Counted from the stretch's first letter, positions 47,045 to 61,337 are shown. The stretch: DNA of 64,000 bases from Acanthaster planci (GCF_001949145.1 NW_019091355.1:5915068-5979067); one strand, 5' to 3'. The notes: generated from the letters alone by a model not told the origin. Numbers and translations are program-made.

Positions 47045-47222
47045 CAGTGGCGTAGCTAGGATTTTACTGGGGGGGGGACAAAGGGGCACATGGGGGCACC
47101 AGTTTTCAGTGGTGTTTTTTTTTTGGGGGGGGCAAGATTTTGTTAGCCTTGTTCAATATCCATTCCTCAGTTGGGGGGGGCACCTGGGGGAGGGGCACCG
47201 GGAATACGTGGCTACGCCACTG
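47045..47222. mobile_element. hAT-type MITE
   Basis: TIR cagtggcgtagc/gctacgccactg; perfect 8-bp TSD ctgtggct. Confidence 0.9.
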
Positions 47223-48235
47223 CTGTGGCTATAAGCTCCGGGAGGGAAAGGTTACTGGACGTTGAAGCTAACAACTGCACCCTGTTCACGTAACACTGAT
47301 ATACATATATAATCTTTTCAAGGGCTGCCATGTACATGCATTTTAATTATTCATTAAAAACTCTACCCCTTCTGCCCTGAAAAACCAATTAAAAACCGAT
47401 TACCGATAGTGAGGCCGGTTTGACAACCTTTCAAGTTTCCAAACCCATAATTTAGATACAATAATTAACTTTAAAGATGTGATCAATGACTCATTTCCAA
47501 AATGACAATGAAATGCACAACATACACCACAGCGCAGTCTTCCTTTCTGTGGTGAGGAACAGAACCCAACAAACCCTCTCCACAAACTGTCTCTGTCTGA
47601 CCTTCCGGTCTTCGTCCCAGCAAGGCCAAACCAGATTTCACTATTTGGAAAAGGAAGCAGTCCTTCCTCTAGTATGCAGTGGTAACTGGGCAATCTAGGT
47701 GTAAGTCATAATATGCAGAACTATTTGCTCTCAATGGAGTTGAATATACATGTAACCAGAAAATGAATGCGGTTTGTCCTGTCTTGTTTTTTTGTTTTTG
47801 TTTTCGAAGAACTGAACATATGCTTCTTTGGTGTCTTCCATCATTGCATTCATGCTGTCTCCACCACATAATGAAGACATGAACCTCCATACTGAATGCA
47901 ATACTGGGGCACAGCATTTAATAATGATTTTGGATTGTAATGTTAAGATTTGTTCTTGTTTCAATGATTGTTTTCCTCTCACTTCATTTACACATTTTTT
48001 CTGCTTTTGTTCAAAAGGAGTTCTGAAAACAGCACGACACCAAGCGTGATCCTAGTGGACACGATACAAGAGTATATTCACAATTTTCACTCCCACGCCC
48101 TTGTGCACCACCTAAGTGCATACGCACTCGATCACTTTACTATGGAGAACATCATTTATTTTAGCAAAATCCATGCAAATAAAGTACACGGTGATAACCT
48201 GATAACTGAAAAATTATTAGACAACCACCGTATTA

Positions 48236-48499
48236 CAGTGTTGTATCACATGTCCATTCACAAGTCCAGTTACAAGTCCATTCACAAGTCCAGTAACAAG
48301 TCCCTTCTCAAGTCCAGTCACAAGTCCCCGGCCTTCACATGGCCAGTCATAAGTAACAGGGTGAACAATAACAAAGGTATGCTTTGGTCACAGCTAGCCC
48401 ATTTGAATAGCTTTTGAATTGGCTTAAGACTGACCGAATGACTTGTGATGGATTTTCAGGGACTTCCACAGACTTGTGATGGACTCGAATATAACACTG
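48236..48499. repeat. MITE-like element with 12-bp caagtcc tandem units and inverted gacttg units; related sequence at ~41766-41912
   Basis: Tandem caagtccagtta/caagtccattca units at ~48250-48330, inverted gacttgtgatgg units at ~48440-48485. Confidence 0.55.
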
Positions 48500-49227
48500 C
48501 CGTATTACATGAACCCACTTGCACAAAATTTGAAACAAATTTCCCCAAAGTGTTTTTAAAAAAAAGAAAAAAGTACGACCTGATATGAAAGAAATATGAC
48601 CACGGCCATTCCTGTTTTTAAAACCATTTGTCCAGTTTATCAAAACAAACGAAATAAAGTGCCATGTGTATTAAGACCTGATCAAACGTCGGTAGCATGT
48701 TTAAGTTGTGAATTGAATATTTTACAGGAGAATCGTTTATCCGTAATAGTAGTAGTACATGTATTAGTGCATGTTTACGTGCGTTAATGTACATGTACAT
48801 GTACGTGCACATGTGTACACATAAATCATGGCCGACCATCATTTTGACAGTGCCAAAACTGAAACTGATAAAACTCACAAAGGACAATTCGCAATCGCTT
48901 GAACTTAACCCGGTGTTCTTTTTAAAATACTCTTTTAATTTCCAAGATATGCAGCATGTGTGAGAAAATTGGAGAACAATTCAAAAATTTGATTTTTAAA
49001 ATACCCTTTTACGTTCAAAAATGTAAGGTACAATGCAGACATCTTTCACCCCATTTTCTCTAAAATGACACTTAGAATTAACAAAAAATTAAAAAAAAAG
49101 TAAATCACAAAATAAAATTTAAAGCCTGATTATATTTCTCTGGTATAAATTCAGCAAGAATTTTACACAATAAGGAAGATCTCCACAGATGGATTTTGGT
49201 ATAGGCTGGCTGGCGTCGCAATTTTGT

Positions 49228-49712
49228 AAAGGGTGCACCCTCGTATTAAAGGCCAGAAATATGCCTGCAGAGCTCATTAATAACAGTTATACACTCAAAA
49301 TATTCTATTTTGGGGTCCAGAGATCCATGGAACTGGGGAATTGAAGAAATGTGACACTGAACCTCTGGGCCGGACTCAGGACTTCCAATTTTGAGCACTT
49401 CGGATGCAATCGGGTCCGAAAGTGGCACTATTTGAGAAATTTTGCAGAGGGATGCATTTTCAAAATGGCTCTTTTCCCGGGCTGTGAAATTTCCTTCATA
49501 TTAGGAGTGGTCTGCTTTGGGTAAGAATTTCTCAAACATTCATTTGTCAACCCACTAAAAATTGAAAGGAAAATGAAAAAGGACATGTGGAACATCATTT
49601 TTCTGTGCAGCCTGAACACCTGTGAGAGTTGTGAGTTTTTTTTAATTATTTGTGAAGTATGGGGATTTATCACTGCTGTCTATGGGAATTATTTTTAGGG
49701 GTGCACCCTATA
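49228..49712. mobile_element. MITE, related to a second copy at ~51381-51822
   Basis: agggtgcaccc at both ends; shares aattgaaaggaaaatgaaaaa and tttatc.ctg.tgtctatgg blocks in the same order with 51381-51822. Confidence 0.55.
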
Positions 49713-50000
49713 ATCACCCCCCCCCCGCTTCGCCGAATTTTAGCTCATGCGCATAAAGGCCCCAAAGGCAACGACTGCAAGGGTAGCGGGAACCACCGCA
49801 GGAGTTTGCGTGCGCATGCGCACGCCGAAAAGAGCCGAATCGTCCAAAAAGGTTCGGAAATTCGGGCTCAAAACCATCAATTTTTTAACGCTGAAGTTTT
49901 AGTAATTCGGATGCTTTCTCAATGTGGATGTTTTCTCAATTCAGATGCTTTCTCAATTGAGATTTCGGGTAAAAATGCATGCGTCGAATGACAGCTTTAC

Positions 50001-50400
50001 GTTTAGAAAAGTGTTCCAATTTTAAAAAATATATTCGGAGTCAACAATTTTATTCCGATCTTAAAATGTTTGGACTTTAAAAATCGTTCCAATCTTGAGA
50101 AAATGTTGGTTTTATAAATTGTGATCCAAATTTTGAAAACATGTCCACTCTTTAAAAATTTATTCCAATCTAGAAAATATGTTCCGTCCATAAAAATGCA
50201 TCTGCTCTTTAATAATTCATTTAAATCTAAAAAACATGTATTGCATCTTTAAAATTTTGTTCGGGTTTAAAAATGTATTCCAAATTCAAAAAATACGATT
50301 CTTTTAAAATGATATTCGTTTTAAAAACCATTCGAGTCTGAAAAAATGTTCGATTTTGAAAAAAGGCATTCCGTTTAGCAAAAACATCTTCCAATCTTTT
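50001..50400. repeat. Degenerate ~20-bp AT-rich minisatellite
   Basis: Recurring tttaaaaa-tgt(a)ttcc(a/g)at unit, roughly 18-20 copies; a 17-bp tandem (gatgctttctcaat) lies at ~49905-49958. Confidence 0.6.
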
Positions 50401-50499
50401 TGACATGGATTCTGCTTCGTTCCTCAACTCGTGTTAATAAGTGGACACAAGAGGGCGCGAAGCAAGCAACGGCGCGCGCGGGCGTGGGAGACGCTATCT

Positions 50500-51142
50500 G
50501 GGCGCAAGCCGGGTACGGTCATGAATAATACAACATGACGTCATGAATAAAACATGTCCTGTACACGTACCTACCGTACCTGACTTGGGCCGGCGTTTGT
50601 GTGTGTATGGAGGTAGGAAAATGTACAGTGTACATGTACTCCACATGCCCCCATTTTTCTCAAATGTAGGCCTACCTGACTTGCACCCATTTGTACTCCA
50701 CATGCGTCTGAAATTGAGGGCGCATGTGGAGTACAAACATGTGCGAGTCAGGTACATCGAAGAGAAAAAGATAAGTACCAAATTGTGGGCATGTGGTTCA
50801 ACGGGCGCAAGTCAGGTACATGATGTACAGTACTGTACTAGCACTATGTACATGAACTATACATGTACATGTCCGTCTGAGAACAAAGCATGCCCTGGTG
50901 ACAGAAAAATATGGAAGGCCTGCGTAGCATGCACCGTGATTAGAATACTGACAAGAATATAATATAAAATCAGAGGCAATTACATGTGTCCGCGCACTGG
51001 TTTTATGTTACATGCATATTCTTGTCAATGCCCTGAATGTGACGTCGTACATGACGAATGCTGCAGCATTGGCTCATGCAGCGTCATACTATGTTGTTTT
51101 ATTCATGTCTGTATTATTCATGACTGTACCCGGCTTGCGCCC
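50500..51142. mobile_element. Sola-type MITE
   Basis: TIR gggcgcaagccgggtacggtcatgaataataca / tgtattattcatgactgtacccggcttgcgccc; 4-bp TSD atct. Confidence 0.8.
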
Positions 51143-52381
51143 ATCTCTCCAACGGTGATCCCCAACGGCACACATTGTCGCTGCGCCCCGGCGCTATACT
51201 TTCTTTGGTAGAAACGAAGACGTCACAGAGATTCCGACTTGAGTCAAGTCTAACCGCAGTCTGGCCAGCTAGCCGCGGCCAGATACGTACACGTACACAT
51301 GTACAGAGTACAGTACATGCACATGTATTTAGTACAGGTACATGTACGTACATGTACATGTACACTGGTTGCAGGCCAGTACGTGGGTCCAAAATTGCCT
51401 GCGCGGACCGAATCACGATCTCTGCTATTAGAGCATTTCGTGGCACATGGACTGGATGGTTTGTTAAAAAGATGGATGAAATCTAGGGACAGGACTGTGA
51501 GCTTGTATTTCTGAAAGTATCGACCAAACGGGGTCCTCCAAATTACTCTGTTTTGCCAAGACTTGAAGGCATCAATTTCCAAAATGGCGATGGGCCTCCT
51601 GACTGTTTTGAGGGGTGATTTTCTCTGGAGAGAAATATCTTCAAAAGTCATTGGTTAAGTCAATGAAAATTGAAAGGAAAATGAAAAATGAGGAAGTGAG
51701 CTTTAATTTGATATGTGTCTTGAACATCTGTGCAACTTTTGACTATATTTCCTGATTGTTTGAAGTGGGATATTTATCCCTGTTGTCTATGGCAACTTAC
51801 TTACTGGTCTAGACCCACTATATAGTGACGAGGACCAATCCCCACATACGTGTACTGCATAATTCATGTTCACGGTGAGGTATATTATCATAAGTGCCCC
51901 TTTTCGGTTGTGATACTGCCCCTTACGACGGTGGAAAGTGACGTCGTGCTTACTCATTTTTCAGTGTCGGTTACAAAAATGTACATGTACAGTAGCTACT
52001 GAACGTGTGATTTGCATCGAAGACAGAATCTACCTTGAAGGTGCCGTAGTTGGATTTCCCGGACTTTACCCTAGTAATATTAAAGGTTTGCCTTGCTTTC
52101 AATGGTAATAACGTTAAGTAAAGTTAGTAAGTAAGTAAGGTTTACAGTCGGAAGTAGGCCCAAGTTTCTTCAGTTCTGACATAGGGCCTAATTCAAAGAC
52201 TGTCCTATTTTGGAGTTTGCTTTTCCCTGCCTGCGTTGGCCGGGCCCAGTAAAACAGGGCCATACCGAGGCGGTACGTATTCTCAATCGCGACGAATGCA
52301 TTCATTTCCAAGTTCCAGATCGCGAAAATTATTCAGTCAGATCACAGCTGCAAAAATTCTCTAGATTCCAGTTACCCCCAC

Positions 52382-52905
52382 CAGTGTGGCACGGACTCTC
52401 ACTCCCGATCCATCCTTAGCCACACATCCGTAAACGCAATTTTGTGTCGGCGTAATGAACATTTTCGGCGCACCCACTTATCATCAAGATATATGTAATA
52501 AATGGATCAATAAGATACTACATGTATCAATGGGCTCTTCCAAATCTTTGGCAGCAGTTATCTAAACTAGTCTTGATATGGAACAGCCATCGAGACAATT
52601 AGGGGGTCAAGTGACGTATTGTTCTACGATCTTATTTTAAAGATGGCGACTGAGAGAGCGAGCCCGTTAGATTGAATGGATAAAGGCAAAAAGACTGGAA
52701 ACTGGAAAATACCTGAATGATGTGAGTGAAATCATTCAATAAATGGTTTTAGAAAACAGAAAGGTCAAGGATCATGTTTGTGCAAAAGAAATTGCGCCCA
52801 TGATGATAAGTGGTTGCGCCGAAAATGTTCATTACGCTGACATGAGATTGCGTATACGGATGTGTGACTAAGGATGGATCGGGAGTGAGAGTCCTTGCCA
52901 CACTA
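52382..52905. mobile_element. MITE with ~105-bp TIRs (Academ-like YAG...CTA ends)
   Basis: 52382-52486 is the reverse complement of 52801-52905 with few mismatches. Confidence 0.8.
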
Positions 52906-53062
52906 GTTGGGCTAGATTCCAGTGAAATGTGGGTCAATCATTGTCAATTGACCACCGTGTGTGTTGGAGATACAAAATTAATTATTTTCCAAATTTTAGG
53001 CCTAAGTGTTTAATTTGGAAGTTACGCCTAGGCCTACGCTACATTCTGCAGGATTGATGAAT

Positions 53063-55207
53063 GTGACAATGTTACGCCCCAACTATCCCTGTGACAGTTC
53101 CAACTGCAGTGCTGCTGTTGGACTGGCCCAACTATTGTTGACCAATTTCTGTAGAAAATTTCTCGACCTTATGCATGTTTATGCATCTCACACTTGACAC
53201 AATTCATCTAAAATATGGCACTTTATATTTGGCGCATGCATCGTTTGAGGTCCTGATTTCGAGGGGCCCTGTTTTCATGTCCTTACCTTCTGCATTGCAC
53301 CGCATGATGTAGACAACTTCGAGTGACGTAATATACCTTCAGACTTGCTAAAGATCTTCTCTTCTCACCGTTGACCATGTTGACTGAGAGATGTTTGATG
53401 TTAAGGTTATAGCGGTAAGTTGAATATGTAGAGTGTATGTATTTAGGGCTAGTTTACGAGATACAAAAACGTTCTACATTGTGGGGGCAATTATATTCAT
53501 TACAGTGTCTTTTAAAGTTTCAGATTACAATGTTTCAAAGTCGTTCGTGCATGACTGAAGTCACGTGGCTCCACTGACAGCAGAGCATGGGGGGAAAGAA
53601 CGGACGCTTAGAAAAGACATGTTTCTTATCATTTTCTCACAGCCTGGCAAATCATTTTGCCCTCACATTTGGAGGGATGAATTAACATGTTGCAAAGCTT
53701 ATTTTTTCCCTGATACTTTTCAATCTTTGCATGCATATTAAACATCTAAATTAATACTAATTAATACTATACTAAATTAATTTCTAAAAAGGTAATTCAA
53801 TGTAGGTTTCTTTTCTTTCATTCTTTCAACAAATATTAAAATGACAAGGTTTTTTACAATTAAGGCCTACAAAATGAAAAATACACTATTGTGAATATTT
53901 GTTTTGAAAAAGAGAGATTATAATAAATATTCATTAGACCGTAGATATTACAACCAACATGTGACATCCGACAGCAAAATACTTTCTTGCAATGTTACTT
54001 TCTCATCTTGCAGATCATGTACATAGGCCCAGTGTTGCGGTGTAGGGCAAGTGCCTACAGGAACTGTTCACCATCAATGCTTACAAAAGCATGTTGGTGC
54101 GTTGTTGATGTGAATGAACCAAAGAAGCCTCGTGTGATTTCTCCTCCTCAACCTGATCCAAGTCATGCTCCTGCACCAGAACACAATCACTTCAGAGTAC
54201 CACCACTACCGTCGCCGATGATGATGACAGCAACTCAGAGATTGATGGCAGTGACAAGTGCCGTGTTTTCCACTGATTTCAACCCATTGAACTTGCTAAC
54301 TCCATCAATTTAACATGGGGCCAGTGTATGTTAGAAAACTGCTTGCACTCGATACACATCAATTCCTGTTGCAGTGCCACCCCTCTCCTGGCAAGGGATA
54401 CGTTTTGTTATCACACCTTGTCACAGTCTCCCATGCTTCCAACCAACAGAGGAGTAAATCAGTGCAGTTTCCTTCCTTTGTCAGCAGATTTCCCTGGAAA
54501 AAATATAAGCCATATTTTCAGTTCAAGCATATTATTATGGTTAATGAAATAATCTCCATATTAAGCACCAGAACATGTTTCAGTTTTAGAAAGAAATGAA
54601 AGTGTGTTCAGTTTAAAACATTTGTCAATTTATTACTTTCATGTTTAATGAAAAATAAACATGAGGGCAGTTGGGAAAAACCCATAAAACACAGGCAAAC
54701 TTTAGAGTCAAAAGCAAAGAGACATCTGCAATAGTTTTATTATTATTTGTAATTTGAAATTTAAAATCATTTCAATATTCTGTGAGGTTTAAAAAAAAGA
54801 GAAAAGACGTCTTCCGACAATAAAGGATAAGATTAAGTCGCACAAAACGCAACCGCACGGCTGCTAACATTTATTTTATGCATGGCTTCACTTGGACACC
54901 ATACATGCACCTCTGTATAACCCTTGAAAATAGGTCACAGTCAGCGATGGGTGGCGCGTTCGTGAGAGCATCGAAGATCACTCCGTTGGGCTGAAGCTGT
55001 GAAGGTCATCAAGTGCTGATCGTTGTTTTGATATTGCATGTACATGTAACTATAGGGAAGGTGATTAGGACAGTAGTTGATATCTTGCATTAGTGTTTTT
55101 TTTTTTCAAACCAAATAAAAAGCCTTATTCCTTTGGAAACCTATAGTTAGGTTGGGCCCAACTATAGTTGGGTCTGATGCTGTAGTTGGGGCATAACAAC
55201 AATGACA
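53063..55207 (+). mobile_element. Internally deleted pogo-like DNA transposon with HTH-psq and PHD-finger remnants
   Basis: Inverted ends gttacgccccaacta (53071-53085) / tagttggggcataac (55183-55197); YRNCSPSMLTKACWCVVD (~54055-54110), then DDDDSNSEIDGSDKCRVFH*FQPIEL...WGQCMLENCLHSIH...FC (~54217-54410). Confidence 0.65.
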
Positions 55208-55302
55208 CCTTTCCTGGTTCTGGATCTGTTTATTCTCAGAATCTCATCCTTGCACACTGAATACACATACATTAGTCACAGGTCAGTTATTGTTATTTTT
55301 GA

Positions 55303-55416
<114 letters not shown>

Positions 55417-57899
55417 TAGAATGTTAAGGTTTGGGAAGCTTCACAATTTATAAAATCAGTTCCGGTACCTCACTAACACCCAGTTCCGAGTCGAAACCGA
55501 ATTTGGCAATTCAAAGAGAAACGCTGAACTTTAAAAGCCCTATTTTTATGTCAGCATGTGTTTACTGTACATGAATTATTGGCAATCAAATGTGTTCGTC
55601 AGTGTCAAAATTGCTTGATATTTTTGTAAACTTATCTTCTCTACCTCCGGTAGCAGCTACTGTAGATTCCACTGTTGACATTTAAACTGCACTTGGCACT
55701 CAGTGGTACTTGGTGTTGCTTACATGTACTGATGCCGAACCATGCAATGCATGTGCAGCATCGGTTCCAGTCCAAATGCCATTCACATCCATGCAGGATC
55801 ATGAAACTTATTTGATTTTCTTTCGAGAAACCTTGGTCCGAAGAGAAAGTCCCGTAGTGTCGCCAGTCCGTGGAGGGGCTCATGAATATCGAATGAAAAA
55901 GAAGGCGCACTATCTGGGTTGATGTCAAAGGTCAAACAGGCCATGATGCAGCGAAACGTTTCTCTAACGGCACCGCAAGATAATGATGAAAGCTGCAAAA
56001 TCACTGTGGACTGTGGTTTTGGGTAATGTACTTGATAAAAATGTGATTGGTCCAGTGATGATGATGATGGTTTGTGGGTGCTTTTTTGCACTCTTTTTTT
56101 AAAGCTTGAGTTGTACATTGATTTTGATTGTACTCGCTGTTTTTTGCAGTCGATTTTTTTGACACTAATGATAGAATCGAATGACTTTCGCGACTGCCAA
56201 CTTAGGGACCTGATTAATTGTGAGAGGTATTTTTTAATTTTGTGATTATGGTTTTAATATGTGTAAATATTACTACCTTTCACCACATCTAAATCTGTGT
56301 AAAATAACCTCGGGGATTATCACTCCTTGGTAAATTTTATTGGCTAGGATTTCAACAGGTTGTTCATGTCTGTCATAAATGCTGACATACGAGATTTTAC
56401 ATGTAATTAATTAACTCCAATTAAGTTGAAAGATGGACACAGTCATCATTGTTCCAGACATCGGCCATGACTTCCCTCATTACATCAGACATTGGGAATT
56501 AATTCACTGCTGTTCTCTTCAGGAAAAATGAACCCCCAAAGTTGAACATTATCTAATGGTCCATATTTTGAGGAACCTGCCATACATGTATATGCTCTCC
56601 AGCACCCCTACTCCCCCAGTCAATGTTGTCATGTCCAGCCGGAGGGCCGACCATTCACACAGACCCAACACTGAAAGGGGGCCCAGGGGTAGGAGGCCCG
56701 ACGAGAGTTATCCATTGTCTGAAAAATTATGTGTTCAGGTTTTGGTCAATTTTTAAAGAATAAACAAAAATTAGATGCAAGAGTTTCTGCATGTACATGT
56801 ATGACTGTTGAGTACATGTATGAAAAAAGTAGTTGAAATAACATACTGAAAATGACGAATCCCCTTGTAAATTTTTTGGGCTCCTGTGGCGTTTGATTTT
56901 AGAAATAAGTGCGAATTGGAAATTGGGCCAAACTTTCTTTTAAAAAAATTTTCTGAAAACAATTTGTACAACTTCAAGCAGCTCACATTTTACCTTTCAA
57001 ACAGAACTTGTCTTAAAATGTATGTGTAAACTGTAGCACTGAAGAACAATACATGAAAGGTAGGTTTTCATTTCAAGTGAATCCAGAACTGGGTAATTCT
57101 ATCGGGGTTGGGGAACAAATTGTGACGTAATAGTTATCAGTGAAATTTCAGAAGTGTTCAGAAAGTTCATTCATCACAGTTTTCAAATTGCAAAAATATA
57201 TTTTTAAATGCAAAAAAGTTTTGATTGCGTTAACACAATTAGTCAGTGCACCCTGTATTGAGGGCAGTCACATCAAGTGCAGTTATTCAGTTGAACAATT
57301 TTTGTGCACATACTAGTATATGCTGCAAAATGATCCCTTTAGGAGACCCCTTTACAAGAATTAAATTTTTTGTGGATAGAGAAAGACTCAAAACAAAAAT
57401 GAGACAAGACAAACGTATTTGTTACCGGTAGGTTACAATTTGAACAAAAGAGCTACAGGTATTTTTACTTTTGAAAGTTGTTCTACATGTGTGTATTTGT
57501 TATATTACAATTTGAACAAAAGTAATATTTTTATTTTTGAATATGTTAGGTTGCAATTTGAACTAAAGTACTATTATTTTTAAAAAGTTGTTCTGTATGT
57601 CCATGTTCAAACACAATAATCTCAAAGAATTCAACTGACGGTGCCGAGCTGTATTTAATTTACAGACCGTAGTCATCTATCTGCTAAAGGATTTATAATC
57701 TCCAAGCACTTAAATCTTTAAGAAAAAAAAAATTTTGATAAACTATTGCAGACATAACATTAATGCCATCCAAATCTCACCACAAAAGCCAAGTGGTCAA
57801 AATGAATACAAACACAAGACAATAAAAACTTAGCAATTTTATAATCAACTATTTCATTTAATTTTGAGATGAATTGAAGCAATGTTTTTTCTCTTAAAA

Positions 57900-59327
57900 G
57901 GGGATGGGCCGTGCTGGGAAGATTTCTTGTAAAACATGCATGAACACAAAAACCCAAACATATAGATAACAAAAAAACACATCTGCATAATTTCAAAATG
58001 TGCGGAAATATGTTAAAAATTATAGCTTTCACGACCCTATTTCACTCCCCTCTTGGAGCAAAAGCTAAACAACAGCCATCAGGTACAGGAAGTTGTCTGA
58101 AGAAATTCCCAAGAATTGTGACGTCATAGGATGGAGTCCTGTATTGCGGGACTGTTTACTGTTACGCAACGACCCGTCGACATGTATGTAGTGTACATGT
58201 AGTAACGTTAGCATGTGCAATCATGTCAGACTCAAGCGACGATAATTCCAGCATTGATGCTTTTTCTGATCATGACAGGGATCAGTTGTCATGTTCGTCA
58301 TATTCATTTGACAAAGAATGTGACATTGAAGGAGAAATATTGCCTTGTCAGTTCTAACTAGAATACACTCAGGAAGAGATTTTGCAACTCAGGGCTGTTG
58401 GCCACATGCATGGCAGCGAACCGGAAGATCGACAACCAAAAACTGACTGGTCACGATTTGATTTTTTCCTGTACCATTATAAAAATGTATCTTTCTGAAA
58501 AGATGCAATTGTCCTACCATTGGCTGTTCGATAGCTGTATAGTAGAGTTTTTCTCCATGGTTATAGGCTAGCCTACTTGGTCAAAGTTGGTGTTCCATTC
58601 CAACAATTTTTTTTCACCATGCACTGCGAGTCACTTGCTTGGCATCGACAGGTATGCGTGATGACTGTGTGGTATTAATTGCGCAGGAAGATAGTTCACG
58701 TGCGCCAGTGCAATATAATCCCATTTTACATCGTTTACGCGTAGTACATGTATGGGTGTACATGTGTGTGTCAGTACTGATACGTGTACATACATAAACA
58801 TGTAACCATGCACATGTTGGGAATTTGAGTCCTCATAAAAATCTGATTGTGTTTTATCCACAAACCTACCTACAATCGACAACAGCCACTGACAACACAG
58901 TTTAACGACATTCTTTCAAAAATCAGAATTCACTATAGAAATTATTACACTTGTACGATGCGATGCAAAACAAAATGAATGTGACGCGTCAAGTTGTCCA
59001 GTAGCTCTGCCCCCATGTTGAGAGAAGGGCATAGGGAGCAAGACCGAATGTGGTTGACTTGACACAAACGAGTTACGTACCCGACTACACGCCAGAGCAG
59101 AGAATATTATTCTTGCGCGGACTTATCAACTGTCCTACCAGAACTACCGGTATGCATTCTTGTCTGGAAAGTCCATCCAATGACGTCACATTTTTGCCAA
59201 GATTTGTCTGCTGCCCTCATCAACCAATTTAGATAAGTTTTTGGGAAAATGCCAATTTTGGCTGATTTAATGACATACTGTATGTAAGACGGTTGTTTGT
59301 CAATTTAACCCTACATGGCCCATCCCC
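57900..59327. mobile_element. Internally deleted Kolobok transposon with KolX (P2X7-C-terminal-like) and THAP remnants
   Basis: TIR ggggatgggcc/ggcccatcccc with TTAA flanks; inverted subterminal tgtgacgtcat.ggatgga; + strand GEILPCQF*LEYTQEE...EDRQPKTDW; - strand MSLNCVVSGC and RIPVDAKQVTRSAW. Confidence 0.72.
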
Positions 59328-61337
59328 TTAAAAAAGGAATGTCATGGTCCAGAAAATGGGTTCTAATCAAGTCTCTTGCTGAAAATGCTATGTAATTTAC
59401 AAGTATATGTTCTTATTCTTTGCCAAGCCACAAATACTTTTAATTGCTAATATTTAATGTTACCGCATGTTCAAACAGTGAGTGTACATGTACATGTATT
59501 ATTGAATTACTATCTCATATTACGTATAAAACGTCCATGGAGTGATCACTTGTGTTTGCCCTTGAGAAAGGTGTTGCAGATGTAACATCGACACCGCACT
59601 CATGTAGCGCCTGCCTAGTCCATCTTTGAAAAAAAAAAGATCTTTAACAAATCAACAATGATGTCTTCATACATGTTCACGTACTGGTATGTATGAAAAT
59701 CCCATGAACATGTACCTTTAGAAGCACAAAATTAAGTTATGCAGTCCACTTGAGGGATGCACTTTCGCATGTTGTTGAGAAAGGTGCTCACGAGCTGAGT
59801 CAATTCCATCAGCAGCCTTGGAGGAACACAAAACAGGACCAAACAGTGTGTCATGTGTGTGGGTATCACTGCAACAGAATTACACACAAAATACAGAGTC
59901 AACGAGGCATCAGGAAATATTCGTAAAAAGGATAAGATAATGAAAAGTAAAACATAGAAACAATTTCGAGATGGCTGCCATTTTTTTTTTTTTAAATTTC
60001 TAACAACGGTTGGTTTTTATGCTGTTTAAAGACACACAAAAACGAAACAGACAAGCTGGACAAGTGTATACCACATACAGTACCTGCTTTTACAGTGAAT
60101 TTGTCTCGCAAAATTTTTATAAGAAATAAAAAACTGAGCTAGCATTCTTGTCCATGTGGCCTGTATACCGATACCACTTTGTAGTTTTTTCACTAATTTA
60201 TTTGTTTACATGCAGTTGGCCTATCAGTAGGGTCAACATGAAGATGTGGAAAGAAGTTTCAATTTGCTAATATTTATTAAAGTTTATTTTCTGACGGATC
60301 AGTCTGCATTTTGCTTTTTTTTCAAAAAATGTAGGTCGTAATGAATAAAAAATCTGTGTGGCTGCCAATACTATAATATCAAAAAGACAATTCATGTTTG
60401 CTTTTCCAAGTGGTCAATAGAATGTTCTTTTGCAAGCACTGATAAGGCCAAAAGAAAATACTGCTTCTGCTTCTGATTTCCTGACCGACTCTAATTTTGC
60501 GGCACCAACCCTAAACTTGTTATCGGCAAGTTTAAGCTTCTTATTCTTCAGAAAATGTCTAGAAAAAAAATTTCTCTTCCAGCTAGATTTCCGTTTCGAA
60601 CTTTTACAATTTTTAACAGTTTTCAAAAATCAGTAGAGCCAGAAACTTTACCCCAAAATACAGGGTGATAGGTCAGTCTGTATGTGTGATTCCAAATACT
60701 TCTTATTACTTAACAGTCCTACGGTATAAACTTTTGCGTCTAATGTACCGGTATGTTTAATCAAAATGACTTTCAGAGTTTTCTTTTTTTTATAACAACA
60801 GTTTTTTGGCCAATTTAGTTTTGGGCCAAAAACTAAATGCATGTTTTTCTTAGTTGTGGATTACACCATAAGTGCACACATGTACGTTGCAAACTCAACT
60901 ACAGGGGCATAATAGAAATGTACATGCATAGGATGTAAGGGGTTTGTCAACTGTGCAGCGCAGGTGACAGTTGCTGATTGCTAGTCAAAATTTACATACA
61001 TGTAAGTTTCACTATTTAGTTACTGAAATTGTTATTTATGAACTAACTTTCTGGAAATCAAGAAATTCTTAATTAAAAAATCAGCTTACGACACCGACGT
61101 AAAGATAATGGCATCATGGAATTTTATTCAGTTCAGTCACTGCTCATTCATGTCAGTTTTGTTTGAATGTGTGTCATTCAATGTGTTTGGAATCCTCATG
61201 AGTCATAATTGAGATTCAGCCCTAGGTTATGACATTTTACATACATGTACATATTGCAGCTAAAGAACGTATGTTTTGCTCAATGTATGCAGTCTTCTGC
61301 CTGCAACCTGTGCGGATTACCAATACATGTACATATT

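Noticed and set aside
50001..50400. CRISPR-like array
   Set aside because: Degenerate contiguous units without spacers, eukaryotic context and no cas genes
41191..52419. Assorted 100-150 aa ORFs (41191, 45160, 47968, 50543, 51250 and others)
   Set aside because: No domain motifs; most overlap MITEs or TACATG-rich low-complexity sequence
56480..60290. Candidate next SKP1 exons after acceptors near 56488, 56522 and 60215
   Set aside because: Translations stop early or do not resemble DLG...PLPNV
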